Source of the DNA: an uncultured delta proteobacterium
GTDB taxonomy: Bacteria > Desulfobacterota > Binatia > Binatales > Binataceae
NCBI GenBank assembly: GCA_963761255.1
Contig: CAVXGH010000006.1
Span: 263,790 to 327,789 of the forward strand
DNA length: 64,000 nucleotides
Direction of reading: 5' to 3'
The position numbers and the translations under genes were made by a program. A model generated the notes under the pieces. That model made no database searches and was not told the DNA's origin. It was given only the letters and a program-made list of their open reading frames with translations. The first letter of the stretch is position 1, and each line of letters opens with the position of its first letter. Shown here piece after piece: positions 20,408 through 30,390 of this stretch.

Positions 20408-21469
20408 ATGGTTGATAATTTAAGAGTTGAGGATGGACCCCGATCTATGAGCGACTTTGTCATTCCCAAAAGCGGCTTGATTCCTGCCCCCGAAGTTCCC
20501 CAGCCGAACATTTTTCCGATGGAGTGGCACCTCGAGACGCCAAAGCTCGCGGAAATTTATGAGCGCGCCAAGCGCGAGGGCTACAATCCTTCCTCGCTGC
20601 CATGGGATAGCTTCGATGCGAATGCCTACACGCAGGACCAGCGCGTCGCGATGATGTACTGGTTTGCGCTGCTGTCGAACTTCGATGCGTCCGGTCCGGC
20701 CGTCTTCGCCAAGGCCACGATTCATGCGTTCGAGCAACATGAAGAGAATCCCATTCGGCAATGCTTCTTTTCCATCACCCGCGACGAGACGAACCACGAG
20801 GAAACTTGCGGTCGCGCGATTACAAAATTGGTTCCCGGCGGCCCGGTCGACTGGGTCCCGCGCACCGAGTTGGAGCGCGTCGCCTTCAACAACATCAAGT
20901 GGCTCTACCACAATGGCGGCCGCTACTGGAGCGGCTATTCCAATTCGCTCGGTAAATATCCGCTCGCCATTCTGTTCACTTCTTTCATGATGGGCGAGGT
21001 GGCCTCGTCGACGCTGTTCCACGGGATGTCGCGCGCTTCGACGCATCCGCTCTACCAGGACATGTTCAAGAAGATCGGCCTCGACGAGTCGCGGCACCTG
21101 CAGATTTGCATCACGCTGCTGGAGAAGGATTGGCCGGGACTGTCCGATGAGTACCGCTCGTTCGTGACCAAGCAGCTTCGCGCCGGGTTCGTGTTTCTCT
21201 CGATGATTCTATGGGAGCCGCCCAACCAGTTCTGGGACCTGCCGGATTATTTTCTGCCCAACCATCGCGTGCTGCTCAACATCGCGCGCAAGGCCGGCCT
21301 CGGCATTCTGAGCGTCGATGAGCAGGCGGACAACTGGCGCCTCGCGATCGCGAGAGTACGCAAGCTGGTTGAGAAATGGCGCATCGAGTTCCCCGCGATC
21401 CCGGAGTTGGATATTGCGGGCGTGGACGTGGGTGATATCAGCGCGGCCGACATCATTCCGGTTTTTTAG
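20408..21469 (+). CDS. ferritin-like diiron-carboxylate protein (AurF-like N-oxygenase/oxidase family candidate)
   Basis: Two E…ExxH motifs (…DETNHEE…, …DESRHLQ…) in a helical scaffold. Confidence 0.45.
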   Translation: MVDNLRVEDGPRSMSDFVIPKSGLIPAPEVPQPNIFPMEWHLETPKLAEIYERAKREGYNPSSLPWDSFDANAYTQDQRVAMMYWFALLSNFDASGPAVFAKATIHAFEQHEENPIRQCFFSITRDETNHEETCGRAITKLVPGGPVDWVPRTELERVAFNNIKWLYHNGGRYWSGYSNSLGKYPLAILFTSFMMGEVASSTLFHGMSRASTHPLYQDMFKKIGLDESRHLQICITLLEKDWPGLSDEYRSFVTKQLRAGFVFLSMILWEPPNQFWDLPDYFLPNHRVLLNIARKAGLGILSVDEQADNWRLAIARVRKLVEKWRIEFPAIPELDIAGVDVGDISAADIIPVF

Positions 21470-21520
21470 CCGCGCTTTTCGCCGGGCCGTATTCTAGTCC
21501 GTCGCCATTTCTAGTAGACG

Positions 21521-22300
21521 TTGACGATGGCTATCGACATCCTCGTGCAAAACGCGGTTGGTGAGATCGTTCTCAACCGCCCCGACAAAATGAACGCGCT
21601 CAACAACGCCATGATGGGCGAGTTGAGCGAGGCCTTCGATGCCGCCGAGAAGGCGCAGGTACGCGCGCTTATCCTTCGCGGCGAGGGGCCAGGGTTCTGC
21701 GCCGGGCGTGACCTCGCGGATGCGGATCCAGGCAACGAGGATGCGGAGGCGATTCTTCAGGCGGTGTTCAATCCGGTGATTCGGCGCCTCGCGGATTTCC
21801 CGGCGCCGACTTTTGCGGCTGTCCATGGCGCGTGCCTAGGCGTCGGGCTCGGCCTCGCACTCGCGAGCGATGTGGTTTACGTTTCCGAGGACGCGAAGAT
21901 TGGCTCGCCCTTCGCCCGCATCGGCGCGGTGCTGGATTCCGGCGGGCATAAATTTTTCGTACAGCGCATCGGGCCGCATCGCGCGCTCGAGCTGATCTAT
22001 ACCAGCCGCTTGCTCTCTGGCACCGACGCCGCCGCGTGGGGTCTCGTCAATCAGTGCGTGGCGAAGAAAGATCTGCTCGAGAAGGTTCGCGAACTCGCCG
22101 CTACTGTCTCGAAAGGACCGACCGCCGCGTTCATGGAATCCAAGCGCATCATTCGGATGATCGATGAAGAAGGTGCGGGGCTTTCGGAAGTCCTCAACTA
22201 CGAGGCGCGCGCGCAAGGCGCGGCCGGCCGGACGGCCGACTACAAGGAAGGCATCGGCGCGTTCCAGCAGAAGCGGCAGGCGAAGTTTCTGGGAAGGTAG
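21521..22300 (+). CDS. enoyl-CoA hydratase/isomerase (crotonase) family protein
   Basis: …ILRGEGPGFCAGRDL… oxyanion-hole motif. Confidence 0.85.
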   Translation: MTMAIDILVQNAVGEIVLNRPDKMNALNNAMMGELSEAFDAAEKAQVRALILRGEGPGFCAGRDLADADPGNEDAEAILQAVFNPVIRRLADFPAPTFAAVHGACLGVGLGLALASDVVYVSEDAKIGSPFARIGAVLDSGGHKFFVQRIGPHRALELIYTSRLLSGTDAAAWGLVNQCVAKKDLLEKVRELAATVSKGPTAAFMESKRIIRMIDEEGAGLSEVLNYEARAQGAAGRTADYKEGIGAFQQKRQAKFLGR

Positions 22301-23100
22301 GTGGCGCTCCACCAGCGGGTGCGGGGCGCGTCCCCCCTCTCATCCGCCAGTCACGGTTCTCGCATCGAAGCCATCGCGAGAACCGCGCCTGGCACCTTCT
22401 CTCGCTTAGCGAGAGAAGGGAGAAGAATCCGCGCGGGCCGGTGCTGGGAAAACCGAGATCTCCTGCCTCACGTTCCCTCTCTCGCTTAGCGAGAGAAGGG
22501 AGTCAGTCAGGAGCAAGAGTTTTAGAGGGCTTTGAGTTTGCCGCGATGCGCGAGGCGACGGGCTGCTTCGCCGAGCGCGCCCGCGCGATGCCAGCGGCTG
22601 TATTCCTCGATGGTCAGGCCGCGCGGCGGACTACAAGGAAGGCATCGGGGCGTTTCAGCAGAAGCGGCAGGCGAAGTTTCTGGGAAGGTAGGTGGCGCTC
22701 CACCACCGGATGCGGGGCGCGTCCCCCCTCTCATCCGCCAGTCACGGTTCTCGCATCGAAGCCATCGCGAGAACCGCGCCTGGCACCTTCTCTCGCTCAG
22801 CGAGAGAAGGCAGAGGAATCCGCGCGAGGCGGTGCTGAGGCACCGAGATCTCCTGCCTGCCGGGTTCTCCTCTCGCTCAGCGAGAGAAAGGAGAGAATCC
22901 GCGCGGGCCAGTGCTGAGGGATCCCAGCCTCCCCGCCCGCTAGGTTCTTCTCTCGCTCAGCGAGAGAAGGGAGTCAGTCAGGAGCAAGAGTTTTAGAGGG
23001 CTTTGAGTTTGCCGCGATGCGCGAGGCGACGGGCTGCTTCGCCGAGCGCGCCCGCGCGATGCCAGCGGCTGTATTCCTCGATGGTCAGGCCGCGGGCCGC
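22236..23100. repeat. tandem segmental duplication (~391-bp unit ×2; second copy has one extra hairpin unit) spanning the 3' ends of two convergent genes plus their intergenic region
   Basis: 22238-22625 ≈ 22629-23100 at >95% identity. Pseudo-tails: crotonase C-terminus re-occurs at 22629-22692 (…DYKEGIGAFQQKRQAKFLGR*); PfkB-SIS C-terminus re-occurs at 22522-22625 (-). Confidence 0.8.
22397..22975. repeat. five copies of a conserved hairpin element TTCTCTCGC-YYA-GCGAGAGAA(GGGAG) separated by ~55-bp mutually similar spacers (REP/terminator-like intergenic repeat)
   Basis: Perfect 9-bp stem with variable loop (TTA/TCA) at ~22404, 22484, 22790, 22870, 22950; spacers share AATCCGCGCGGGCCGGTGCTG…. 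Confidence 0.7.
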
Positions 23101-24648
23101 TTCGAGCGCGACTGAGAGGCCTGCCAGCACGAACACCTGCGCGAGGACGCTGATCCGCGGCGCGAGGCCGAGGATTCCACCCTCGCGTTTCACCGGGGCA
23201 TGGAGCACGAGGTCGGCGAGTCGCGCGAGCTCCGATTGCTCGTCGCCCGTGATCGCGATCAGTTGTGCACCGTGGTCGCGAATCGCCATCGCCGCCTGAC
23301 ACAGTTCACTGGTGTTGCCGCTGTTGGAAATCGCAATCACCACGTCGCGCGGATGTACCTGGCCAAGGCTTCCATGCAATGTCTCGGTCGCGTGAAGAAA
23401 AGTCGCGGGCGTGCCGACCGAGCACAGCAGGCTGGCGCCGTAGCGGGCGACGTGTTCCGGCTTGCCGACGCCGGTGACGTGAACGCGGCCACTCTTGGTC
23501 AGCGCGGCGCGAATCATCTCGACCGCTTTCTCGATGGCGTGGAGGTTAATCTCGCGGCGCAGCGACGCCAATTCTTCCAGGGCGGTGTCGAAGAATCTTT
23601 GAATCTCGATTTGCGGATCGAAAGCGCCAGAGGGCTGCGGGACCGACGTTCTCATTTTGGGGCGATGGGCGACGGGGAGCGGGCGTCCGTATAATTTCAA
23701 AATCTGGCCGCGCAGCTCGAAGCCGGACGGAAACGCGCCGAGCCTTCCGATTCCGATTGCGGCCGCCGCGTTAGCGAGGCGGCCGATCTCCGGCCATTTC
23801 AGCTTCCACAACAACCCGGCAAGCACGCCGCCCAAAAACGCGTCGCCGGCGCCGGTGGTGTCGACGACTTTCACCTTGAAGGCCGGCACGCGAACGCTGG
23901 TATCATTGGCCGAGATGGCGCATCCGCTGGCGCCGGCGGTCATGATCACGGCGTCGTTTCCATAGCGCGCGCGGATTTGTTCCGCCATTTTCAGCGGATC
24001 GTTGCCCTCGGCCAGCTCGCGCGCGGCGCCCTTGGCGGGTTTGAGATAGGTCGCGAGCTTGAGCGCCTGTTCGAGTTCCGCGCGGGTGCCAAGAGTGCTG
24101 ACCGCATCGGAGGGCGGAACATCGAGGTCGAGGACGGTCGGAATCGAATTCTCGCGCGCGAATTTCAGAATCGCGATTACCGTCTTGAGCGGAAGCTGCG
24201 AGATCTCGGTGGACACCATCCGCGCGTTCTTGATGAATGCGCCGTGACGTCCGCGAATGTCACTGGGTTTCAGTTCGGCAGTAGCTCCACGCATCATGTA
24301 GATGGCGCGATTTCCCGCCGGATCGACGAACACCGTAGCGTACGAACTGGCAGATCCATCGAGGGTCAGATGATGGCGGATGCCGAGGCTCTCCATCCCG
24401 TCGCGCAGGAACTCGCCGTTACGATCATCGCCCATCTTGCCGAAGATGCCGGTCTCGAGGCCGAGCACGCGCGCCCATCCAAGATGATTAAGGACGACGC
24501 CACCGACCGAGGCTTGTTCGATCGCGACCCCGGCGCCGTTCGCATCGAGAATAACTTTTTCGTCGGCTTTGATGATGCGTGGAGTCCGATAGAACAGGTC
24601 CACCACCATGCTTCCGCAACCGACCACGTCGAGCTTCGAATCCACCAT
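22993..24648 (-). CDS. fusion protein: N-terminal PfkB-family carbohydrate kinase + C-terminal SIS (sugar isomerase) domain
   Basis: PfkB motifs (…VVGCGSMVVD…, DTTGAGDAFLGGVLAGL) then SIS (…VTGVGKPEHVARYGA…AISNSGNTSE…). Confidence 0.75.
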   Translation of the reverse strand: MVDSKLDVVGCGSMVVDLFYRTPRIIKADEKVILDANGAGVAIEQASVGGVVLNHLGWARVLGLETGIFGKMGDDRNGEFLRDGMESLGIRHHLTLDGSASSYATVFVDPAGNRAIYMMRGATAELKPSDIRGRHGAFIKNARMVSTEISQLPLKTVIAILKFARENSIPTVLDLDVPPSDAVSTLGTRAELEQALKLATYLKPAKGAARELAEGNDPLKMAEQIRARYGNDAVIMTAGASGCAISANDTSVRVPAFKVKVVDTTGAGDAFLGGVLAGLLWKLKWPEIGRLANAAAAIGIGRLGAFPSGFELRGQILKLYGRPLPVAHRPKMRTSVPQPSGAFDPQIEIQRFFDTALEELASLRREINLHAIEKAVEMIRAALTKSGRVHVTGVGKPEHVARYGASLLCSVGTPATFLHATETLHGSLGQVHPRDVVIAISNSGNTSELCQAAMAIRDHGAQLIAITGDEQSELARLADLVLHAPVKREGGILGLAPRISVLAQVFVLAGLSVALEAARGLTIEEYSRWHRAGALGEAARRLAHRGKLKAL

Positions 24649-25778
24649 TAGCTGAGCCGCATCCCCCGCTTGGGAGCATCATATGCGCTGACCCATTCCG
24701 GCTCCAGAACGCGAGCCCATTTCTCCCGCAGGCGCTGAAAGCGCGAGGCGAACTCACGGCGCTCGTCGGCCCTGAGCGCCGGCGTGCCCGGCGCGATGGC
24801 TTCGCTCGAAATAACGCCCAACTCCGCGAGCGCGGCCTTCAGGCACGCGATCATCGGAACGTAGGCCACACCCGACCGAGCGAAGGCACAGGCATCGCGA
24901 AATTCCGCCAGCGCCTCGGCATAGCGATGCATCTGTTCGGGATCCTGTTTGCGGCACCATTGCCACGCGCGTTGCCATTCGCGCGGCATCGGGTTCGCGG
25001 GTCCCGCGACGACTCCATAAGGAAGCGAATGGCGGGTCAGATAACGATTCCAATAATGCTTCGCGGTTGCGACGACGCTGCCAGGAGGCGCGAACAAATC
25101 GAAAATGAGGTGCGCATTGCCCGCATAGATCACGAATTCATGCGCGAGTCTGAAGTGCGAGGCCGCGCGGGTGTAGTTGCCGAGTTCGCTCTTGCTCGCG
25201 GTCACCTTGATGCCGCGCACATACGGCAGCTGGCTCATCTGCTTCACGTCGCGAGTATGCAGATGCAACGGCTTCCCCGGTGCGGCGATATCGGCATTGT
25301 CGTAGAGGAACACCGGAAGCGTTTTGCCCGCGCGCTCGAAGGCTTCGCCGACGTCGCGGGTTACCAGCTCGACCGGATCATCCACGTCTCTGATCGACAG
25401 CGGTGAAATCACAATCGCGCCGGCCTCGAGGGTAAGCGAGTATTCGAGATTCTCGATGGTCTCGGCGCGGGTATGCGCGGTGATACCCACCCATGCCTCG
25501 ACGCGGCGGTCTTTCGTGGATGAGCGCCGGCATTCATCGACGATGATGCGCGAGGCTTCCTGCCGATGCGCGTTGTCAAAGCGATCCCATTCGCCGTTGG
25601 TGCCGACCGCGAACAGAATGTCCGCTCCGCGTCCATCCTGGATGCAGAACCTGACCACTGCGCGCTGCTCGTCTTCAAGGATGTTCCCGGCGGCATCGAG
25701 CACCGTCACAACCGGAATCGACAGCCCCGGATGAGGGACGTAAGCGGCCAGCGGATCGTGGTTTTTCGAGGGCATCAA
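24648..25778 (-). CDS. DapA/NanA-like class I aldolase family protein (DHDPS fold) with ~130-aa C-terminal extension
   Basis: …FAVGTNGEWDRF… (GTTGE-like), Schiff-base lysine region …YVRGIKVTAS…. Confidence 0.65.
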   Translation of the reverse strand: MMPSKNHDPLAAYVPHPGLSIPVVTVLDAAGNILEDEQRAVVRFCIQDGRGADILFAVGTNGEWDRFDNAHRQEASRIIVDECRRSSTKDRRVEAWVGITAHTRAETIENLEYSLTLEAGAIVISPLSIRDVDDPVELVTRDVGEAFERAGKTLPVFLYDNADIAAPGKPLHLHTRDVKQMSQLPYVRGIKVTASKSELGNYTRAASHFRLAHEFVIYAGNAHLIFDLFAPPGSVVATAKHYWNRYLTRHSLPYGVVAGPANPMPREWQRAWQWCRKQDPEQMHRYAEALAEFRDACAFARSGVAYVPMIACLKAALAELGVISSEAIAPGTPALRADERREFASRFQRLREKWARVLEPEWVSAYDAPKRGMRLS

Positions 25779-25790
25779 GCGGCTTTTACT

Positions 25791-26492
25791 CTACAGGATT
25801 GCGATCCCGAGGTACGTTTTGAACTCCCAATGTTCGCCATCCAACGAGGCGAAGTTTTCGAAGCGCGCCTCGATGCGCAGGGTGTAGTTACCACTGCTGT
25901 CGGCGGCGTCGGGAGGCGGGTTGTGGATGTAGAGGCCCTTTTTGCATGCGGCGATGACCATTTTATCGACCGCGGCGGCTCCCGAATGCTGGTCGAGAAC
26001 CAGTTCCTTCAATACCCCGTGGCTATTGAGCGTCGCGGTAATGATCACCCATTTGAGGTCAGTCGGGAGCTTCAAATGGGAGATATTATCCTCACGTTCG
26101 AGATGGGAGAGTTCCTCGAATACTTGATCCAGCAGCCGCGCTGACAGCATCTGGAACTGCGCGGCTTTCTTGTTGAGTAAACGCTCTTCGCCCGGATGCT
26201 TATCGTCACCGACGTGGCGGACCTGACTTAGGCCGCTTACGTTTTGGACATCGTTTTCGCTGACATCCTCCGAGGTGATCTTTCTGGCTATGGCCTGGTC
26301 GCGTTTACCAAACGGACTGAGCGCGCTACCGGAACCAAGCTGCGAAAGATCGGTTACGGTATGTGGCGCGTCGGGTGGAGGAGGCTGGGGAAGCGGCTGA
26401 ACCTGGGGCGAACTGGCACCACAACCCTGAAGAATCACGAATAGCCCGAAGAACAGGGCGCACGACGATAGTAGGCAGGCCGCTCGCTTCAT
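25791..26492 (-). CDS. lipoprotein with Pro-rich linker and TonB-C-terminal-like domain (tentative)
   Basis: Signal + lipobox (…VILQGCG…), PQPPPPDAP linker, C-terminal …VIITATLNSHGVLKELVLDQHSGAAAVDKMVIAA… resembles TonB_C. Confidence 0.4.
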   Translation of the reverse strand: MKRAACLLSSCALFFGLFVILQGCGASSPQVQPLPQPPPPDAPHTVTDLSQLGSGSALSPFGKRDQAIARKITSEDVSENDVQNVSGLSQVRHVGDDKHPGEERLLNKKAAQFQMLSARLLDQVFEELSHLEREDNISHLKLPTDLKWVIITATLNSHGVLKELVLDQHSGAAAVDKMVIAACKKGLYIHNPPPDAADSSGNYTLRIEARFENFASLDGEHWEFKTYLGIAIL

Positions 26493-27961
26493 TTGGTCAA
26501 TGCCGAATCCCGATCCAACGCCATAATTCTCGGGCGCGCGTTATTGTAATCCTTAACGAACGCATCGAGAAACTCCTGCATCAGTGCGCGCCACTGCTCA
26601 CGGACCTTGACGTCATCCTTGTCGGCGATCGAGTCGGCCAATCGGGCGAAAAATTCCAGCGCCGGCGAATACATGAATTGGGCGCTCACTTCGGAGGTGA
26701 ACCTTATCGACCCGTCAGCCAGCGCCTGCGAGGTCACCTCGCTACGCATCCCGCCCGAGCCTTGCGCGACGGTTCGCATGAACTCTCCCCCGATGAACTC
26801 GGCGCCTTGCTGAATTCCCGGAGGCGCGACCACCATCGGCACCGCATCCATGCGGGCTTCAAAGGTGACGGTCGAATTGTTACGGAGGTACCGGTTAATG
26901 AAACTCAGGTCGTCGAGCCCGAAGTCCATCCCGAGGCGATGGATGCGAATCGAGGTACGCGATCGATTCATCCCACTGCGCAAAGAATCCAGCGCGATTG
27001 GCTGCCCGACGGGGCGGTCGGCATCATCGAAAGCCGACAGCTCGCCGGCGCGCACCATGAACGTCATCCAGACCTTGCCGCGATCGAAACCGCTACGCAT
27101 CCAGTAGTCGCCTTTTTCGTCCATAATGTCGACTTGCGCCGTCAGTATGGGTGCGACGTCCTGGTAGAATCTGTGTAGATCGGGAAATTTCCGCATCGCT
27201 TCGGCTCGGACTTCACCGGCGAAGTTAAACAGCACATAAGGACCGCCGACAGCTTCGAACTCGTCGAGGATGTTCTCGTACTTCAAGTATTGGTGGAATT
27301 TGTCATCGAGGGTCGGCAGGTCGCGGCGGAAGCGATCGCGCGCGACGACATCATGATGGTTGTAGAGGCCAGGTGCCGTATCCCATGGCGGGGCGAGGTC
27401 GCCATAGACCTCGGTCAGCATTTGCGCGATCGAATCGATGATTGCGCCAAAACCAAAAGTATTGGTTTTCATTTCACCCCCGAAGGTTCCGATGACCGAT
27501 GGCAGCGAGGACGACGTGCGGGCTACGCCCGGTGGCGGCTTCAATGCGAAATAGGCTTCCAAGTGAAACGGCTGCTGGGGCTTCGCGCAGGATGAGGAGG
27601 TCGTAACATAGAAGTTCTCGCCGCTCGGATATCCTTCCGCGCAAAGTTGATGTGTTTCATCAAGTTTGATCCACGGGATATCACGACGAGAGTATACCGA
27701 CGCCGCCCGAATCAGCGTCGAGTTCCGAGGCGGGATTTTTTCGAAGAGCGCTTTGAGGGTAGGGCTGTACTCGGGATGCAGCACCTCGCGCTGGAAGACA
27801 AGTTGCCGATCGAGGACCTCCATCGCACGTTCTGCGCGCCGAGGCCCTGGAGATACGAGCTGCAGGATTGGCGCGAAGTCGGTGCGCGTCGGCGGCGCGA
27901 AGCCGGCATCGTCCGCCGCCATCGAGAGCTGGCAGAATGCCAAAATCATCAGGACAATCAC
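26489..27961 (-). CDS. secreted hypothetical protein (~490 aa)
   Basis: Long ORF with good codon usage; likely start GTG/ATG ~27949-27961 giving signal peptide (…IVIVLMILAFCQLSMA|ADD); upstream part of the 642-aa ORF overlaps rpmE and is not coding. Confidence 0.5.
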   Translation of the reverse strand: MIVLMILAFCQLSMAADDAGFAPPTRTDFAPILQLVSPGPRRAERAMEVLDRQLVFQREVLHPEYSPTLKALFEKIPPRNSTLIRAASVYSRRDIPWIKLDETHQLCAEGYPSGENFYVTTSSSCAKPQQPFHLEAYFALKPPPGVARTSSSLPSVIGTFGGEMKTNTFGFGAIIDSIAQMLTEVYGDLAPPWDTAPGLYNHHDVVARDRFRRDLPTLDDKFHQYLKYENILDEFEAVGGPYVLFNFAGEVRAEAMRKFPDLHRFYQDVAPILTAQVDIMDEKGDYWMRSGFDRGKVWMTFMVRAGELSAFDDADRPVGQPIALDSLRSGMNRSRTSIRIHRLGMDFGLDDLSFINRYLRNNSTVTFEARMDAVPMVVAPPGIQQGAEFIGGEFMRTVAQGSGGMRSEVTSQALADGSIRFTSEVSAQFMYSPALEFFARLADSIADKDDVKVREQWRALMQEFLDAFVKDYNNARPRIMALDRDSALTK

Positions 27962-28051
27962 TATTGCCCGAATTCCCGGCGCATTGACCAGCCGAATTGT
28001 GTGGTTATCTTGGGGATGGTATCTTGTCTGCCGATACCAAGGACAACTTAG

Positions 28052-28282
28052 ATGAAATCTGCAATCCATCCCGAATACCATCGGTGCGTAGTGACCTGCG
28101 CATGCGGAAATACCTTCGAAACTCGTTCGACGGCCAGCGAGCTCCACGTCGAGGTGTGCTCGAATTGTCATCCGTTCTACACCGGCCAACAGCGGCTGGT
28201 CGATACGGCGGGCCGCGTTGAGCGCTTCAATCGCAAGTACGGCATCAAGAAAGCACCGGAAGCCGCCGCCGCGGAAAAGTAG
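28052..28282 (+). CDS. rpmE: 50S ribosomal protein L31
   Basis: [10 protein letters not shown]…CxCG…[12 protein letters not shown]… zinc ribbon. Confidence 0.9.
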   Translation: MKSAIHPEYHRCVVTCACGNTFETRSTASELHVEVCSNCHPFYTGQQRLVDTAGRVERFNRKYGIKKAPEAAAAEK

Positions 28283-28416
28283 CATTGGAACTCCCGCCAC
28301 CCTGGGGCGCGCTGCGCTCGGGTGCGCGGGGGGATGAAACTTCGTTGGGAGAATGGAACGCCGCCGCGCGCCATCTCCCTTTTTGTTTCCGCGTCCGATG
28401 AAGTGACTTAACTCCA

Positions 28417-29481
28417 ATGCTCGACGATAAGATCAAAGGCATCGAACAACGCTTCGATGAACTCGAAGGCCGCCTGAGCGATCCCGCGGTAATCGCCAAT
28501 CAGCGCGAGTATACCGCGCTCGCCAAAGAGCGTTCGCAGATGGCCGAGGTCGCGGGCGCGGTGCGCGACTATCGCAAAGTCTCGAACGAGATCGAGGAAT
28601 ACAGGTCGTACATGGATGGCGATGATGCCGACATGCGCGAGCTGGCCAAGGGCGAGCTACCTGAGTTGCAGCGCCGGCTTGCGGCGCTCGAAGAGAGGAT
28701 TCGCGTGCTGCTGACGCCGCGCGATCCCAATGATGACAAGAACGTCATCCTCGAGATTCGTGCGGGAACCGGCGGCGCCGAGGCCTCGCTCTTCGCCGCC
28801 GAATTGTTTCGCCTCTACACCCGCTATGCCGAACGCCATCGATGGAAGGTCGAAACGCTCAGCATGTCGGACACCGGCCTCGGCGGCATCAAGGAAGTCG
28901 TCGCCAGCATCAACGGAAAGGGTGCCTATTCGCGCCTGAAATATGAGGGCGGGGTGCATCGCGTGCAGCGCGTTCCTGCCACCGAGGCATCGGGACGCAT
29001 CCACACCTCGGCGGTCACCGTAGTGGTGATGCCCGAGGCTGACGAGGTCGAGATCAACATCAACGAGGAAAAAGATCTCCGCATCGATGTGATGCGCGCC
29101 TCGGGTCCCGGCGGCCAAAGCGTCAACACCACCGACTCCGCCGTGCGCATCACGCATATTCCCAGCGGGATGGTGATCATCTGTCGCGATGAAAAGTCGC
29201 AGCACAAGAACAAGGCGCGGGCGCTAAAGATCCTTCGCGCGAGGCTCCTCGACAAGGCCAACGCCGAGCAGGATGCCAAGATCGCGGCGCAGCGCAAATC
29301 GATGGTGGGAACTGGCGACCGTTCCGAGCGCATCCGCACCTACAACTTCCCGCAGTCGCGCGTCACCGACCATCGCGTCAACCTGACGCTTCATCAGCTC
29401 GACCAGGTCCTCGATGGCGATATCGACACGCTCATCGACGCGCTCACGACCCAGGAACAGGCCGAGGCGCTCAGCGCGTAA
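28417..29481 (+). CDS. prfA: peptide chain release factor 1
   Basis: GGQ motif (SGPGGQSVNTTDSAVRITH), PAT tripeptide motif (RVPATEASGRIHTS). Confidence 0.9.
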   Translation: MLDDKIKGIEQRFDELEGRLSDPAVIANQREYTALAKERSQMAEVAGAVRDYRKVSNEIEEYRSYMDGDDADMRELAKGELPELQRRLAALEERIRVLLTPRDPNDDKNVILEIRAGTGGAEASLFAAELFRLYTRYAERHRWKVETLSMSDTGLGGIKEVVASINGKGAYSRLKYEGGVHRVQRVPATEASGRIHTSAVTVVVMPEADEVEININEEKDLRIDVMRASGPGGQSVNTTDSAVRITHIPSGMVIICRDEKSQHKNKARALKILRARLLDKANAEQDAKIAAQRKSMVGTGDRSERIRTYNFPQSRVTDHRVNLTLHQLDQVLDGDIDTLIDALTTQEQAEALSA

Positions 29482-29513
29482 ACTCTGCGATTTAAGTTTA
29501 TACTCTACTCGCG

Positions 29514-30374
29514 ATGCTCCAGAACGTAAGTCCTGCTTCTTCTCGCGCGATGCTCGATGAAGCGTGTCTAATCCTCGCCGAGGCCGGCATCGACACCGCC
29601 CGTCTCGATGCCGAGGTGCTCCTCGCGCATGCCTGCGGAGCCTCGCGCGCCAATTTGCTCGCCGGTTTGGCGGTCGATGCCGATGCTGCTGAAAAATTTC
29701 GCCGCATGATTTCCCGCCGCAGGGCGCGTGAGCCCATCGCATATATCATCGGATGCCGGGAATTCTTCTCTCTCGATTTCGAGGTGACCCCGGCCGTTCT
29801 CATTCCTCGTCCCGAGACCGAGACGCTCGTCGAGGCCGCGCTGAAGTTTCTCGCGACGCGTCCCGAGTCGCACGTCCTCGACCTCGGCACCGGTTCGGGC
29901 GCGATCGCGATTGCGATTGCGACGAAAGCACAAAAAGCACAAATGAAAGGCACCGATATATCACAAGCAGCACTTGAGGTTGCGCGGCGCAATGCGCTCC
30001 GCCATCGATGCGACACGCGCATCGATTTCATCGTTGCCGATCTCTTTCCCGCTGACCCCGCGCGCTTCGATCTGATCGTCTCGAATCCTCCCTATGTCGC
30101 CGAAACTGACCTCGCAAATCTCCAGCCCGAGATTCGCCTCCACGAACCTCGCGTCGCGCTTACCGATGCTGCCGATGGGCTGGCTTTCTATCGCCGCATC
30201 GCGACCGCGAGCCGCTCGCGCCTCAATCCCGGCGGCGCGGTGATGGTGGAAATCGGGGCCGGCCAGGCTCGCGAGGTCGAGGCTCTTTTCCGCCGCGCCG
30301 GTTTCAGCAACATTGATGCGATACGGGATCTCGCGGGCATCGAGCGCGTCATTTGCGCGCAAGCCTCGAAATGA
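29514..30374 (+). CDS. prmC: release-factor glutamine N5-methyltransferase
   Basis: NPPY motif (IVSNPPYV), SAM-binding VLDLGTGSGAIA; follows prfA. Confidence 0.85.
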   Translation: MLQNVSPASSRAMLDEACLILAEAGIDTARLDAEVLLAHACGASRANLLAGLAVDADAAEKFRRMISRRRAREPIAYIIGCREFFSLDFEVTPAVLIPRPETETLVEAALKFLATRPESHVLDLGTGSGAIAIAIATKAQKAQMKGTDISQAALEVARRNALRHRCDTRIDFIVADLFPADPARFDLIVSNPPYVAETDLANLQPEIRLHEPRVALTDAADGLAFYRRIATASRSRLNPGGAVMVEIGAGQAREVEALFRRAGFSNIDAIRDLAGIERVICAQASK

Positions 30375-30390
30375 TCGCGTCACCACATCA

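Noticed and set aside
22397-22975. Possible CRISPR array (regular hairpin repeats with ~55-bp spacers)
   Set aside because: The 'spacers' are similar to one another (a tandem repeat, not unique spacers). The repeat is only ~21-24 nt with an internal perfect palindrome. There are no cas genes in the window.
27962-28417. N-terminal 150 aa of the 642-aa ORF 26489..28417 (-)
   Set aside because: It overlaps the well-supported rpmE gene on the other strand. A signal peptide begins at the internal start (~27949-27961), so the upstream extension is spurious.
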